58,545 nucleotides of DNA, filler included, from Asterionella formosa (GCA_002256025.1; 8 parts of 8 records of this genome joined end to end with filler, not necessarily neighbours in it); one strand, 5' to 3'. Counted from the whole stretch's first letter, positions 11,901-23,410 are shown. Program-made: numbers and translations. Notes: generated from the sequence alone by a model not told the origin.

Positions 11901-12476
11901 GCTCTGGAGCTTGCTATATGCTTCCACAACAATATTTTTCTTCTGCCTGATGAAGAGACATTTCTTGGTTATCATGCTGACAATACCAGAAAAATGATTT
12001 GGTTGGTTAACCTAAACTGTAGACTCTACACAAATTATTACAAGTATAGAATTAGGGACAAAAGCTTACACACTTCAGAAATTACAATCGCAGCCATGAT
12101 CACAAAATTTGGGTGCGCCAGTGCACCAAAAATCGAAATTCGATTGATCCTAGAAACCGTTTGAACCTAAAACAGTATCTCTTTCAGAGCATCGCCACCG
12201 CATCGACCAAGTACCAAGCCAATTGAAGTTGCGGGTCATTACACGTCATGATGTCAATGTGTTGTTATTTATGGTTTTAACTATTGAGAAAACGGTGTTG
12301 AAGTTGGTTTCTTCATAATGTTTGGCCATCAAAAATGGCCCTGTGTGTTGCATCCTCCTCTACATAAAATCAATCTTGGCTGTGTAGAATGAGGGCTCCG
12401 GGTTTTACGGAAATAGTTGATGACGTTCTCTATCTATGTATTCTTTTTGAGCGCCTCTCCTGCTTCACGTTGTCTG

Positions 12477-12534
12477 TTTCAGCAAAATTACAGCAACTTG
12501 CAGGTACTTGCAAGCTGCGGTCATTTTGCTGAAA
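12477..12534. repeat. Head-to-head ends of the CAGCAAAATTACCGCAACTTGCAGGT MITE family
   Basis: TTTCAGCAAAATTACAGCAACTTGCA-GGTACT-TGCAAGCTGCGGTCATTTTGCTGAAA forms an imperfect palindrome. Confidence 0.7.
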
Positions 12535-13017
12535 AAGCTTGTCTGTCGTCATGTTGTCCATTTCAGCGAAATTAACCGTTAAGCAAATTCCTAATATTGG
12601 TTTTGTAAACATGGAGGTCATTCTTAAGAGCATCTCCACCGCATCGACCAAATACCAAAGCCAATTGCAGTTGAAAATATCAATACACGTCACTTGGTCG
12701 AGAATTTTTTTATCAATAGTCGAATTTTTCTTTTTTTTTCCCACCGCATCGACCAAATCTTATATTAGTCAAATCTCGCGCCTAAATTATTAGCCAATAG
12801 AAATAAAGGTAGACTGTAGTTTCGTGTGTATCGCTTTTAATTCATGAAGTAGCCGCATACATACCTTAATCTTAAACAGCTAGCAATACTCCTACCGGTA
12901 CTATCTGGTACTGCCCATCAAAAAATATTACAACTATGTACTTGAATATTGTTCGTAGAGAATTGTGGCTTCTTTATTATTACCAATAAATATGACTTTT
13001 GTTTCGACACAGCGAAA

Positions 13018-14280
13018 ATGAGCAATGATAGCGACTCGTCAGATGACGATCGCTTCTTCCACTTCCGCGATATGCGGAAGCAACGCGAGAATGCCAAGCA
13101 AGAAAGAAACAAGGGAGGAGGATCAAAGGTGGAAAAGGCACCCAATCTCAATCGTTTTCGGACAGACTATGACAAGCTTTTGAAAAAGGATTATTTCGTT
13201 GAAAATCCGATTTACTCATCAGCAATTTCAGGAGGCGCTTCCGGATGAGACATTCGTTGTTTGAGAAGATTCTTGATGATTTGGTTGCTTCGGATCCTTA
13301 TTTTTCTCAGAAGATGGATGCCTTGGGTTAACTGGGATTTTTGCCACACCAAAAACTTACCTCAGCGCTTTGCATATTAGCCTATGGAACATCGGCTGAT
13401 CAGTTGGACGATTTAACAAGGATGTCAGAGTGAACAAAACTCAACAATTTGCAACACTTCTGTAGCGCAATAATCAACAGGTATGGGAAAGAGTTTCTTA
13501 GATCTCCGGCCAAAGAGGACTTGGAGATGATTCTACATTTGCATGAAGGAAAGGGTTGGCCAGGGCTTCTTGGTTCATTGGATGTCATGCATTGGGAGTG
13601 GAAAAACTATCCCAAAGCACACCGAGGAGAATATCAAGGAAAAGAAGGAGTGGCGACAATTGCTTTGGAAGCTGCGGTTGATTGTAGACTTTGGGTCTGG
13701 CATGCATGGTTTTGAATGCCCGGGGCAAACAATGATCTTAATATTTTGGATTGTTCACCGTTTTTCCATGATTTGTCAGCTGGAAGGAAAAGTACAGTTT
13801 GCCATCAACAACCAACAACACAATCTGGGGTATTATTTGGTTGATGGAATCTACCCAAATTGGCATATATTTGTCAAGACAATTTCAGAGCCACAAGGTC
13901 CAAAATGGAGTTATTTCTCGATGCGTCAGGAGGCACAGCGCAAGGATGTTGAGCGAGCATTTGGAGTTCTACAGGCCAGGTGGAGGATCCTTGCACTTCC
14001 ATGTAAACTTTGGTCAGTGGGTGCTATGAACAGTGTAATTATTGCATGCATCATTTTGCACAACATGATCATAGAGGATGAATGGGAAACTGAAAATACA
14101 AATGAATATCTATTTGACAATATTCAGGATGGATTTTTGGTTGACAACGTGAATCATGACAATGTACACACATTTCTTGATTTCAAGAATATTAGAATGA
14201 ACTACATGAGTGAAGGTGAACACTTTCAATTGCGTAACAATTTGATTGAGCACTTGTGGATTCAATACGAGAACAAATAG
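13018..14280 (+). pseudogene. Harbinger transposase (Plant_tran-type), disrupted
   Basis: GWPGLLGSLDVMHWEWKNYP, LEAAVDCRLWVWH, PGANNDLNILD, GYYLVDGIYPNW, QEAQRKDVERAFGVLQARW, CIILHNMIIEDE. Stops near 13328, 13431 and 13713, plus frameshifts. Confidence 0.93.
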
Positions 14281-14402
14281 TAGATAATTACTTGATTCTA
14301 GATATATATTTGAAGTCTTTAAAGTTCAAGTTCTAGATTGGCAGCAATAATGAAAGGATTAGTGTAATGTAATGTCACTATAATCAAACTGGTTTAATAC
14401 TC

Positions 14403-14579
14403 TTATGGTCCAGTCTCTAGAATCGAAACCTCATCATCAGTAGATGATGAACGAGAAGTTGAAATATCTATTTCAACTGAACTGCCTGACTCCAAAGAAC
14501 CGGTCTTTGTTTTTTTGCGTGATGGTTTTGAACTATCCTCCATCTCCTCCATAGCTTCTTGAGCCTTCATAGCAAACCA
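14403..14579 (-). CDS. C-terminus of the Harbinger second ORF (NAM-associated/Myb-like partner), 5'-truncated by the contig end
   Basis: Open frame WFAMKAQEAMEEMEDSSKPSRKK...ETGP* convergent on the transposase, which is the usual Harbinger layout. Confidence 0.55.
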   Translation of the reverse strand, partial: WFAMKAQEAMEEMEDSSKPSRKKTKTGSLESGSSVEIDISTSRSSSTDDEVSILETGP

Positions 14580-14679
14580 NNNNNNNNNNNNNNNNNNNNN
14601 NNNNNNNNNNNNNNNNNNNNNNNTTAATTAATTAANNNNNNNNNNNNNNNNNNNNNNNNNNNNNNNNNNNNNNNNNNNN
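14580..14679. other. Artificial contig spacer
   Basis: N44-TTAATTAATTAA-N44. Confidence 0.98.
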
Positions 14680-14775
14680 GCACCAAGTTGCGGTAATTTT
14701 GCTGAAACTAAAATTTTAGCTTTCTTTATCATAGATTAAATGTTAGTTAAAGCAAAATGACCGCAACTTGCAGGT
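14680..14775. mobile_element. ~95-bp MITE (CAAGTTGCGGTAATTTTGCT TIRs), copy A
   Basis: CAAGTTGCGGTAATTTTGCTGAAACTAA ... TTAGTTAAAGCAAAATGACCGCAACTTGCAGGT. Homologous along its length to 23871-23963 in the opposite orientation. Confidence 0.75.
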
Positions 14776-15151
14776 CCGGAGGATGTACCGGTATACATTA
14801 AGCTAAAGGTGCCTACGGGTACCTTGTACCTCGCCTGGCACACACTGCACAATTTTTGGTACCTGCACCGACGCAAGTCATCAGAAATGTACCGGTACTT
14901 TTGCTTAAGTTTGCTTCATGCATTACCGGGTAAATACAATGTACCACACAGTAACAGCGTAAAGAAATTCCCTAAACAATAAATAGGAGGTCCTTCAATC
15001 ATGAGCGAATGAGGTACCAGGTAGGTACGCACCATCACAGACCCCATCGTCCCTAAATTTGTTTTACCGGTACTCGAAGTCGAGCCATGATGTGCCAGGT
15101 TCTGTACCTTGTACCAGGTACCAGTATATAGAAGGTCACCTTGTCTTTTAA

Positions 15152-15335
15152 GGGTCGTTCTAATCATTCCGAATTTGCTTTATCATTTCCGGGTTGTGGG
15201 CAAAAAGTGATGGTTGGTACCCGTACATCAAAACACGGTATCAGCAACGGAAACTTGATGGTATCAATTTTTTGTATCATTGAAACAAAATTGACACCGT
15301 TTTTTGCTCCCTCCAAAAAACGGTATCAGTGATAC
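15152..15335 (+). mobile_element. Non-autonomous end fragment related to the Harbinger at 26770
   Basis: TAA-GGGTCGTTCTAATCA versus TAA-GGGCCGTTCTTATCA. Both carry GTATCAGCAACGG and repeated GTATCA subterminal motifs. Confidence 0.55.
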
Positions 15336-15843
15336 TTACGTTTTCACGCGGGCATCATTTCCGTTGTCACTGACAAGATACAGGTAGCCAAAAATACGCC
15401 TGCAGGGCAGTAGTTTTATCCACATCTATATAATATACATTAAAATTATTACGGTGTGTGCATCAAAGAAGCACCATTCAATCATTTTAAGGTTGCGGCC
15501 CTCGGCTTAACCCTAGTTTGGAGAAAAAATCGATAGGGTTGTAAAAACGGCGTGGAACAGGGAATTTTTTCTGTGTTTTCCCAATATGCAAGTATCTCCC
15601 TGAATATTTAAACTAAGTAGTGGCGCCACATTGATAGAGTTCCATTTCAAAACGAATGAAGATGTTTATGTTGTATCTACCTTGCTCAATGTAGATATAA
15701 TTTTACTCCCCACCAGAGCACATGTATATACTAGTAGCTACTTCATAGTATAGTACCTCGAGCAAGTACTGGTAGTCATCCTGCTTCTATAATGCAATAT
15801 TGGTTCTCCTCTCTGCAAACATCGAACAATGCAACAATCAACC

Positions 15844-16282
15844 ATGAGTTCTGTTGGATCTCTCCCAGTGAATGCCAATCCACTTCCATACAATCATATT
15901 CCGTGCCCCAGCCACTTGTATTGATTGTGACATTGTCGAATCTGAAGTTGAAGGCTGTGGGAATCGCATCTTCTGCGAATGCTGTGACTTTGCATGCCCA
16001 GAGTGTCAATGTCGATGGGACGAGATGGAGGAGTTAGTTAAACAATACATGGAAGCAGACTTGGTTCAGCTTCGACTTGACGAAGATGTTATCATACCGG
16101 GCCAAGGAAGAAGTTTCTGGTCAAGACATTCTGTGGCTCACTTGGGAAAGGCATCCGTATGGAACTTCCAGATTGTTGCCTGAAGGAGGTTCGTTCGCTT
16201 CTCAAGAATAAGCAAGGATCACAAAGAAGAGTACACTGGTTTCCAACCAATATCTAAAAAGTTTAAACATAGTAGCAAATGA
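15844..16282 (+). pseudogene. KolX / P2X7 cytoplasmic-ballast-like cysteine-rich protein, frameshifted
   Basis: Cys cluster CIDC..FCECCDFACPECQC. Across frameshifts it continues HLGK-GIRMELPDCCLKEVRSLL...EYTGF, matching the LG..R..LP.C....IR...YxGF signature. Confidence 0.6.
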
Positions 16283-16499
16283 CTGTTAGTCATCTATTAA
16301 TTTTATTAGTTTGCTTGTATTTGAACTTGTCATTGTCACCGCGTTGCTGAAAATATTCTCAAAATATTCTCAGCCTTTATAACGTTAAAAACCATCAATA
16401 AATATTCAAACCTTTCAATCGTTGGCATTAAAAAATTAAAGAACATAAATTTATTACATCATCACTAGTTTCAAAAATATTAAAGGTTCAGGTACCCGT

Positions 16500-18120
16500 C
16501 TCCGTTCCTCGATTGCAAATGGTGGCAAAGGATGGCGCACACGCAAAGAGGTGCTTGATGAAACCATTTGGTTTGACAAAACAAAGAAAATTACAGATAC
16601 AACATAAAACACACCACCTGTAAGGAATCTGAGCGGACATTGTTTATTGTCTGCAGAATCATTGCAGCAGTTGATAGAGAGCAACAGTAGCTGTAGTAAA
16701 TGCAGTGAAAAGTTGAGATTGCAAGCGTATAATATTGCATACAAACAAGGAATGGCAGATTTACAAACATACCTTATCAAAAAATGTCAAGTTAAAAGAT
16801 CAATAGAAGATAATTACAATGAATTCATTGAAAGCCATGATAGTTTCATTGACAGTACAGAGTCATTGGAATCTCCTTCGCAGATAACAAGGCTGATTGT
16901 TGCCGACAATGTTCGTCCATTTCTTGGCATTGCTAGCCGAATTTCAATTACCTGTGCGAAATGAGATTAAAGAAAGTATATTGAACCTGTGACTTGCAAA
17001 AACAAAGAAGGAAATTATGAGAAAGGCAATCAATCAGAACACTTTGCAATCAATAACATGTTTGTTCTTGGTTGTCACAAAGCAGGAATGAGTCCGGTTG
17101 ACGCTGATATAAAATGCTCGTCCCTTTCCTTACCTTTGAAAATTGGTTACTGGAGCAGGAAGGAGGGAAGGTTTAATAATCTGGAGAAACTAGTAGGCAA
17201 TGCTGAAGTAGTTGCAACAGAAAAATCAATGAGAGAGGCAATGAACGAGGAGGTACGTCTAACTCTGGATTTACATGAACGTCATGTTTGATCAGAAATT
17301 GGGAAAGACTAATCTTAGCGAAGAAGCACGCGTGATCCCAGAAAACATTCCAAGACTAACAGTAAGTTTTGATATGGGCTGGTAGCAGCGCTCTACTAGT
17401 AGTGGTAATAAATATAATTCGAATAGCGGGCATGCCTTTTGTATTGGGGGCTATTCAAAAAAGATACTGGACTACTGCGTAAAATCTAAGGTATGCAACA
17501 TTTGTGACTATGCTGCCCAGCGGTTTATGTCAGCCAAGCCTCATGTTTGCTCTAAGAATCACCTATTGGGTAGTTCCAAGTAAATGGAATCTGATTCTGG
17601 TGTTGAAATGGTGATCAAGGCAGTGGATAACTATCAAGTTTTCTACACCACAATGGTTTGCGATGATGATTCCACTATAAGAGCTAACTGCTAATGGTCT
17701 TATGAAGATTTACAACTACAAAATTCATTGTTTGAATGGCCAAGAAACAATAGCGGCGCAAAAAAGGCAAACCATGGATGCCTTCCATTACACATCAAAG
17801 AGCCGGTTTTCTTATCCGATCCCTCCCACCGAGTTTGCGTCCTAATTCTTCCCTGCTTCTTGATGTCTCGAGGCCCAAAATGCGATGCGAGATTAACAAA
17901 GAACGACTGCCTGCAACTGAAAATCTATTATGGATGCTGCATGTACATGCATTTCCGGGAGTTGCCGGCTCAATGGTATAATATTTTTCACCACTTTTTG
18001 ACTGATCCTTACTTTCTGACACATTTATCTGATTAGCTAAAACACAAGACCTAATCGACAACAAGGTATGATGTTGTATCCGGCGCAACATCAGGAACAA
18101 CTTTGTCGAACTAAAAATAG
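16500..18120 (+). pseudogene. Mutator-like/Kolobok-type DDE transposase, many stops
   Basis: LTVSFDMGW*QRS..YNSNSGHAFCIGGYSKKILDYCVKSKVCNIC..H.CSKNH..GSSK*MESD..MVCDDDST..FLSDPSHRV (from ~17355 onward), with an upstream CxxC. Confidence 0.8.
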
Positions 18121-20588
18121 TCATAACTAGAAAATTAGAAAAAATCTATGTATACATGGTGAATATTATATCATTAAGTGACTCAAAGCCATTTTTAACT
18201 GGTACCGGTATATGAAGACATACTATAAGCAGTGATACAAACGCCACTTACCTGAACTACTAGGTATAACTAAACAATCGCGCTACCTGGTACTAGTACC
18301 AGGTACCAGCATGTTGCGGTCATTTTCTGCACTCTTCCTTATTTCACAATCACCATTGTGTGAATTCCCTTGCTTGACCTGGTTCATATCGGTCGCGATC
18401 TTATTTTATGACAATAGATATGCATGGAGAGCTACAGCAACTGCATTCCTGTTGTTGTGTAGTCTCTACAGTCCCAAATCAAGTCTCAAGTACTTCTCTA
18501 CTCCTCTCTTTCTACCTTTGCAGATTCCTATGCACCGAGGTTACCACTTTAGTAGTTTCAAATTAGTTATAACATCATAACTTGAGTTTACCAGTACTCA
18601 ACTTGCTATTGCATGATATATCATAATTTTACTCTGGAGATCATTGATCTCCTCTCCTTTTCATTTAAGTGTTTGTTCTAGCACTTTGCTGACACCAGGT
18701 AGTAATGCTGAAGGCAATACACGCCCGAGTTGGTCTCTTGCCTGCGAGCGAGTATACATGTGTTCTAGGCTGGCAGGCTGCGGGAAGGTCACCCTACGAG
18801 TGCCATCCCAGCTGAGTACACATGTAGACGAGAAGGCAAGTAGCAGCTGAGAAGGGTAGTAATGTTGAGGCAATTCCCGCTCTAGCTATTGTCATGTCAT
18901 TTGCTTACCTAGTACGACTGCCCACAAAGAAAGCATAAATGTCAATTTTAGCTTACTATTGCCCATCAAATAAAGTATATTTCGTATATTTCCTATCTTC
19001 GCATCGAAAATTGCAATGGGTCCTATATTGCCCATCATTAAAATATATTTTGTATATTTCATAGTTTAGCATTTGGCAAGACAACAGACGCCAATTGCCC
19101 CTTGGTTTTCCAGCCTTGGGATTGCCAAAATCGGCAAGGGAGACGATCTACTTAAGGAAACCATTTTATATACTCTACAGATTTTAACAATTTTTATCTA
19201 GTTTTCACCTCGTTTTCGTTTGTCTCCTGAAAAGTGGACTCCGGAAATTCACCTTCCACTATGCCAATTGTTGTCCATCATGACTGGTTTGAAGCGAAAT
19301 CAGTTCAGTGATGATGCCAGTAGCGAATTGTTGTCTAACAGATGCGGCTGGATGTTATATTGCTTGTCTTCTTGAGGGATTCATGTAGTTTCATCGTTCA
19401 TATTTGGTCAGATGAACAATGACCTTGAAACATCTGATGTTAGTGGCAAGTTTTGCTCCGGTCAGGAATGTGATGATGCTTAAGGGATATCCTACCAGTA
19501 CCAGTACTTATCTAGCCTACATACGTACATGGTACTCGAAACAACCATGCATGGTTTAAGCTAAACTTTAACACTTAGTTTGAACACATTATAATATTAT
19601 CGCTGTAAACTTGGTATTATTTTTACGAGACCAGAATGTTAAATTATGTAGTTCATACATCGATTGATTTTACGTACAGTATGCCCGATTTCAACCTCAC
19701 AAATATAGTTCTCACTCTATCCTGCCTGTTGTTGCTCTATTTGGGCTTGCAATAGGCAATGTTCGTCTTTCTTTGATCCCATGTTCTGCTCCTTGTTATG
19801 CTAGTTGAAGTGGATTGGTGAGTACAACAGTGAAACACTCAATTTGGATTGTAGATCCTTTTGATCGATTTTCCGATTTGATTGCTTCCATTGTTGTTTG
19901 TTGTTCTGTCACCGCACTGTTGTTTTGATTTGATTTTATCTATCTACATAAGAACCAATGTATTTATCAATGACTAATCTTTGAAGATGTGGTATTGTGC
20001 CATTGTTGATTGTATTTGTTGAATTGTATAGTCATTGATGATGATGTCAATATTGCCACCAAGCAATGCTTTTCTTGTACTAACACACTTTGCTATTTTT
20101 TTACTACAAGGTCATATCACAAGCTACTTAGAAGTACCCAAATGGCAACACAATAGCTGTGCTGCTGTGGGCGGTCAATGGTGGGAAGGCCATTCACACT
20201 ATACTACCACCATATGTATATAATTTTCAAAATTTTGGACTCTTGCTTGTCTATATATTCACGACTACAGTTGACAATCAACCAGCAAGCGCCAATGCCT
20301 TGCTAACATTCTTGGTGATAGCAAGCTGACAAACCAGAGGGCGTTGATTGTTAAGCTTGGGTCTCCCACCATCATACTCCAAACGAGCCAACATTCGTTT
20401 CGCAGCAATTCTTATAGATCAGATAAGCAAAAAATTACGATGGGCGTTGTTCAGTCACACAATCTTCATGCGACGTTTGGGAGAACTTCGTGGCATGTGC
20501 TTCATAAAAAGACAAAATCTGGTTTGCACATTACATAGCACAAGAATCAAAACAAAGATATTTTCGAAGCGAAAGACTTGATCATTTG

Positions 20589-21377
20589 TCAAAATCTTCG
20601 TTTCGTTCTACTTCCTGTCGTATCTCGATGCTTGCTCATTTTGTTTATCTTCATTTCGGCCTTTTCTCTTTCTTGTTGCTTTCGCTTACGGCGTTGTTTT
20701 GGATTGGGACGTTTCGTTGATGGAATAACATGGTGGGCTTTCAATTCGTCTGTTGAATAAAATAATCGCATTTGGGCCCTCTTGTCTTTGTCGTTGTTAA
20801 ATACCTCCCTCACCCTTTCCAACAGATCACTCCTTACACCGCAAAACCACAAAGAGTTAAATGGAGGTACGTCATGTCCAGTGCCGTCTGGGTGGGCATA
20901 TTCGTACGGAACCTGCGGCAAGAGGTAGAATACACAAATCCCGCTCATTGTAGTGCGAAAATAATCTCTTGCTGCCACATAATTGGGCATGAGGATAAAA
21001 AATGAACGGTCTTGTTCCTTCCATCCCTTGATGCAGTAGTCGAGACACTTCTTCTTGTGGTCGTCACTGTAGGGTGGATTGGTGATAAGAGTATCGTGTG
21101 CGGGGACAGCGTCTTGTTCCACGTCCTTGTAGAAATCTCGCTGGTCGTGGTATACCTTGGCAAAGCCCAAATCATTCAGAAGAAAGGACGTTCTTCCGTT
21201 GCAATAATATGGGTCATAGATGGCATGTTGCTTTCGATCAGGCTGGATGATGTCGAGAATCCAACAGATATCACGATAGGCTTCTAGTGGTGTTTCGAAA
21301 TGATCATTGTAATCTGCCGTGAAAGGGTATTGCTTGGCGGACCACGACGCTCGCTTTATTTCTGCTGCACTGGACAT
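20589..21377 (-). CDS. Putative N6-adenine (amino) methyltransferase-like protein, ~262 aa, intronless
   Basis: DHFETP (motif X-like), IYDPYYCNG (motif I-like), RDFY, LITNPPYS (catalytic motif IV), FFILMP, PPFNSLWFC, then a basic tail. The ORF is open from 21482; ATG at 21377 is the likely start. Confidence 0.75.
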   Translation of the reverse strand: MSSAAEIKRASWSAKQYPFTADYNDHFETPLEAYRDICWILDIIQPDRKQHAIYDPYYCNGRTSFLLNDLGFAKVYHDQRDFYKDVEQDAVPAHDTLITNPPYSDDHKKKCLDYCIKGWKEQDRSFFILMPNYVAARDYFRTTMSGICVFYLLPQVPYEYAHPDGTGHDVPPFNSLWFCGVRSDLLERVREVFNNDKDKRAQMRLFYSTDELKAHHVIPSTKRPNPKQRRKRKQQEREKAEMKINKMSKHRDTTGSRTKRRF

Positions 21378-21914
21378 GGCGATGAAATGTTCCTCGTGTC
21401 GCTGTGCGTGCGGAGGTATGTTGAGGGACTGGAGGACGAGCATGACGAGCGAATTGGAGAATTGAGGCAGTGTGTTATTCACAACGTTATATCTTGTTCC
21501 ATCATTCTATCCTATCATTCTCTTATTTACAGCGAAAGTTATAGCACAGAAGGAATCTTGATTCCTGATTCCCAATGCCATCTCCTCTTTTGTGTGAAGA
21601 CACATCTGGTCTGATACCTGGTACCTGGTACCAGTAAAAAACTGCTGTGACCCACTAAAAAAAAATTGGAACTGCTGTGACCCACTGAACAGGAGAAAAA
21701 CACGGTTTGACCCTCCCAAATGCAGATTTGTTAATTTTAAAACTTCGACCCTAATCTTGAGTATGTACGCTTTAAGGCTATGTCATTAGATATCAGTTTA
21801 TAGCAATTGGTTTCTCCTAAAATATTGGTTGAAAAGTGCGATCGACGAAAATATTGCCAGAACACGGATTACCCCATGTTTTGAGGATTCATTGTTATAT
21901 GATATACGCAGCTT

Positions 21915-22014
21915 NNNNNNNNNNNNNNNNNNNNNNNNNNNNNNNNNNNNNNNNNNNNTTAATTAATTAANNNNNNNNNNNNNNNNNNNNNNNNNNNNNN
22001 NNNNNNNNNNNNNN
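21915..22014. other. Artificial contig spacer
   Basis: N44-TTAATTAATTAA-N44. Confidence 0.98.
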
Positions 22015-23410
22015 AATCCGAAAAAGTCACGTTTGCATTTAAGGAAGGATCCAGTTCGATTTGAATGGATACATTAGTTGATTTTGCGAAGGAAATGCCT
22101 TGAAACTTTAGTTCCAGAGCCGGGTTTCGCAACCAAAAATGATGCTTTCCGCCATTTATCGAGCAATCATTCTGGTGGGTGCCATTGGGTCCACACTTGA
22201 TTACAAGCAATTTTGAAGATATAACCACTATTGGATCAACCACTTCCATGACCGATCCTGCGCATAATTCAAATGTTCCCGCCGAGATATTTGCTAGAGC
22301 ACTGGTTAACTCTTTCCATGTGGAGTAACAGTCGGTGGTAGTAACCTTGGTAACCGACATACATGTGTCCAATGGCACACATGGAGAATCACATATATTT
22401 GGGTCGGAGCAAGGGGTATTGTCGTTTGCTTTGTAATATGTCCCATTGCAATCGAGTGACGAAGTCCCCAAGTTATCACCGCATAGCTCTTTGATCATCG
22501 CCGACGATTCATTGGCGACGTGAACAGCTCCTGTCTTGACTGCCATATGTTGCATCGAACAATTGGATATTTCCACAGTGCCACTTGCGCAATAGATGAC
22601 GGAATTTTCAAGTTGATTTTCACGGAAGACTGATGCTTCAACCCTGAGGTTTGCAACCTCGTTGAATATAACGGAGTCCGTAACTGTGTTGAACTCGAAT
22701 ACAGTCGCTGTGATATTCACTTCGGCATTTGATTTACTTTTGGCAGCTGGAAGGGGTTGCTCTTCAGTAGCATTTCGTGCAATGATCTCAATTGTTGCTC
22801 TCCCACTGTTTTTCTGACAAAGTGGAGATAACGAGCAATGTGAGAGGATAATAGTGAACTGGAGTATCTCAATGAGAATTCACATTATAAACTAATTCTT
22901 TGCCAATCTTTTCCCTCTTACCTTCCATTTGCAATTATGGAATAATATACGCATGCGTGGTAGTGGCTCCACTTCAACTATAATACTACTTTTGGTCGAT
23001 GACTCGAAGGTAACACCCTCGATTAGGACAGTGAGATTGTCACGAGAGTGTATATGTATATGTGATCCGTTAGCAGCATTCCATACACATACTTGCAATG
23101 GATCTAAGCAGGTAACGGTCAACATGTTCTGGTTTTCGGGGAGCTCCAGTGGCTCAGTCGTTTCGTAGTCGATTCCAGGGCAAAGCAGTAGTGTTGTAGT
23201 CTTGTTTTCTGCACGATCTTTCAGATAGGAGGTAATGTTTGGATAGCCAGATAGGCCGGATGTATTCTCACAGGCACTTATTCGCAAATCTTTGTTATTT
23301 GATTTTTCAGAAAGAACGCGATATGCTCCTGTTTCAGACTCGGTGAACGAGAACATACTAACTAGAGATAGGCTCCAGAGATGAGTCAGTATGAAAATGA
23401 AAGCCTTCAT
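22015..23410 (-). CDS. Secreted cysteine-containing protein with beta-helix-like repeats; exons 23410-22922 and 22813-<22015, 3' truncated
   Basis: Signal peptide MKAFIFILTHLWSLSLVS. A phase-0 GTAAG..CAG intron at 22921-22814, with a CTCAC branch, joins the two ORFs in frame. A module (LC.G...PL.....L.I.C....C...G..H......L...G..F..ST..SI) occurs twice. Confidence 0.8.

Larger units (their letters stand above)
12628..14579 (+). mobile_element. PIF/Harbinger DNA transposon (left end plus two convergent genes; right end off the contig)
   Basis: TAA then GAGCATCTCCACCG (Tourist/Harbinger-like terminus) at 12628, followed by a transposase and a convergent second ORF. Confidence 0.8.
15491..18120 (+). 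mobile_element. Kolobok-like DNA transposon (decayed): left terminus, KolX-like gene and DDE transposase
   Basis: TTAA (15487-15490) followed by GGTTGCGGCC, then two co-oriented decayed genes (next two features). Confidence 0.65.

Noticed and set aside
15491..21482. MTase as cargo of the Kolobok-like element, or part of a restriction-modification or defence system
   Set aside because: The MTase is intact while the TE is heavily decayed, ~2.5 kb of unrelated sequence separates them, and no enclosing terminus or nuclease partner was seen.
21641..21686. 16-bp direct repeat ACTGCTGTGACCCACT upstream of the MTase as a dedicated operator
   Set aside because: Only two copies, in sequence resembling a TE subterminal region; no evidence of regulatory function.
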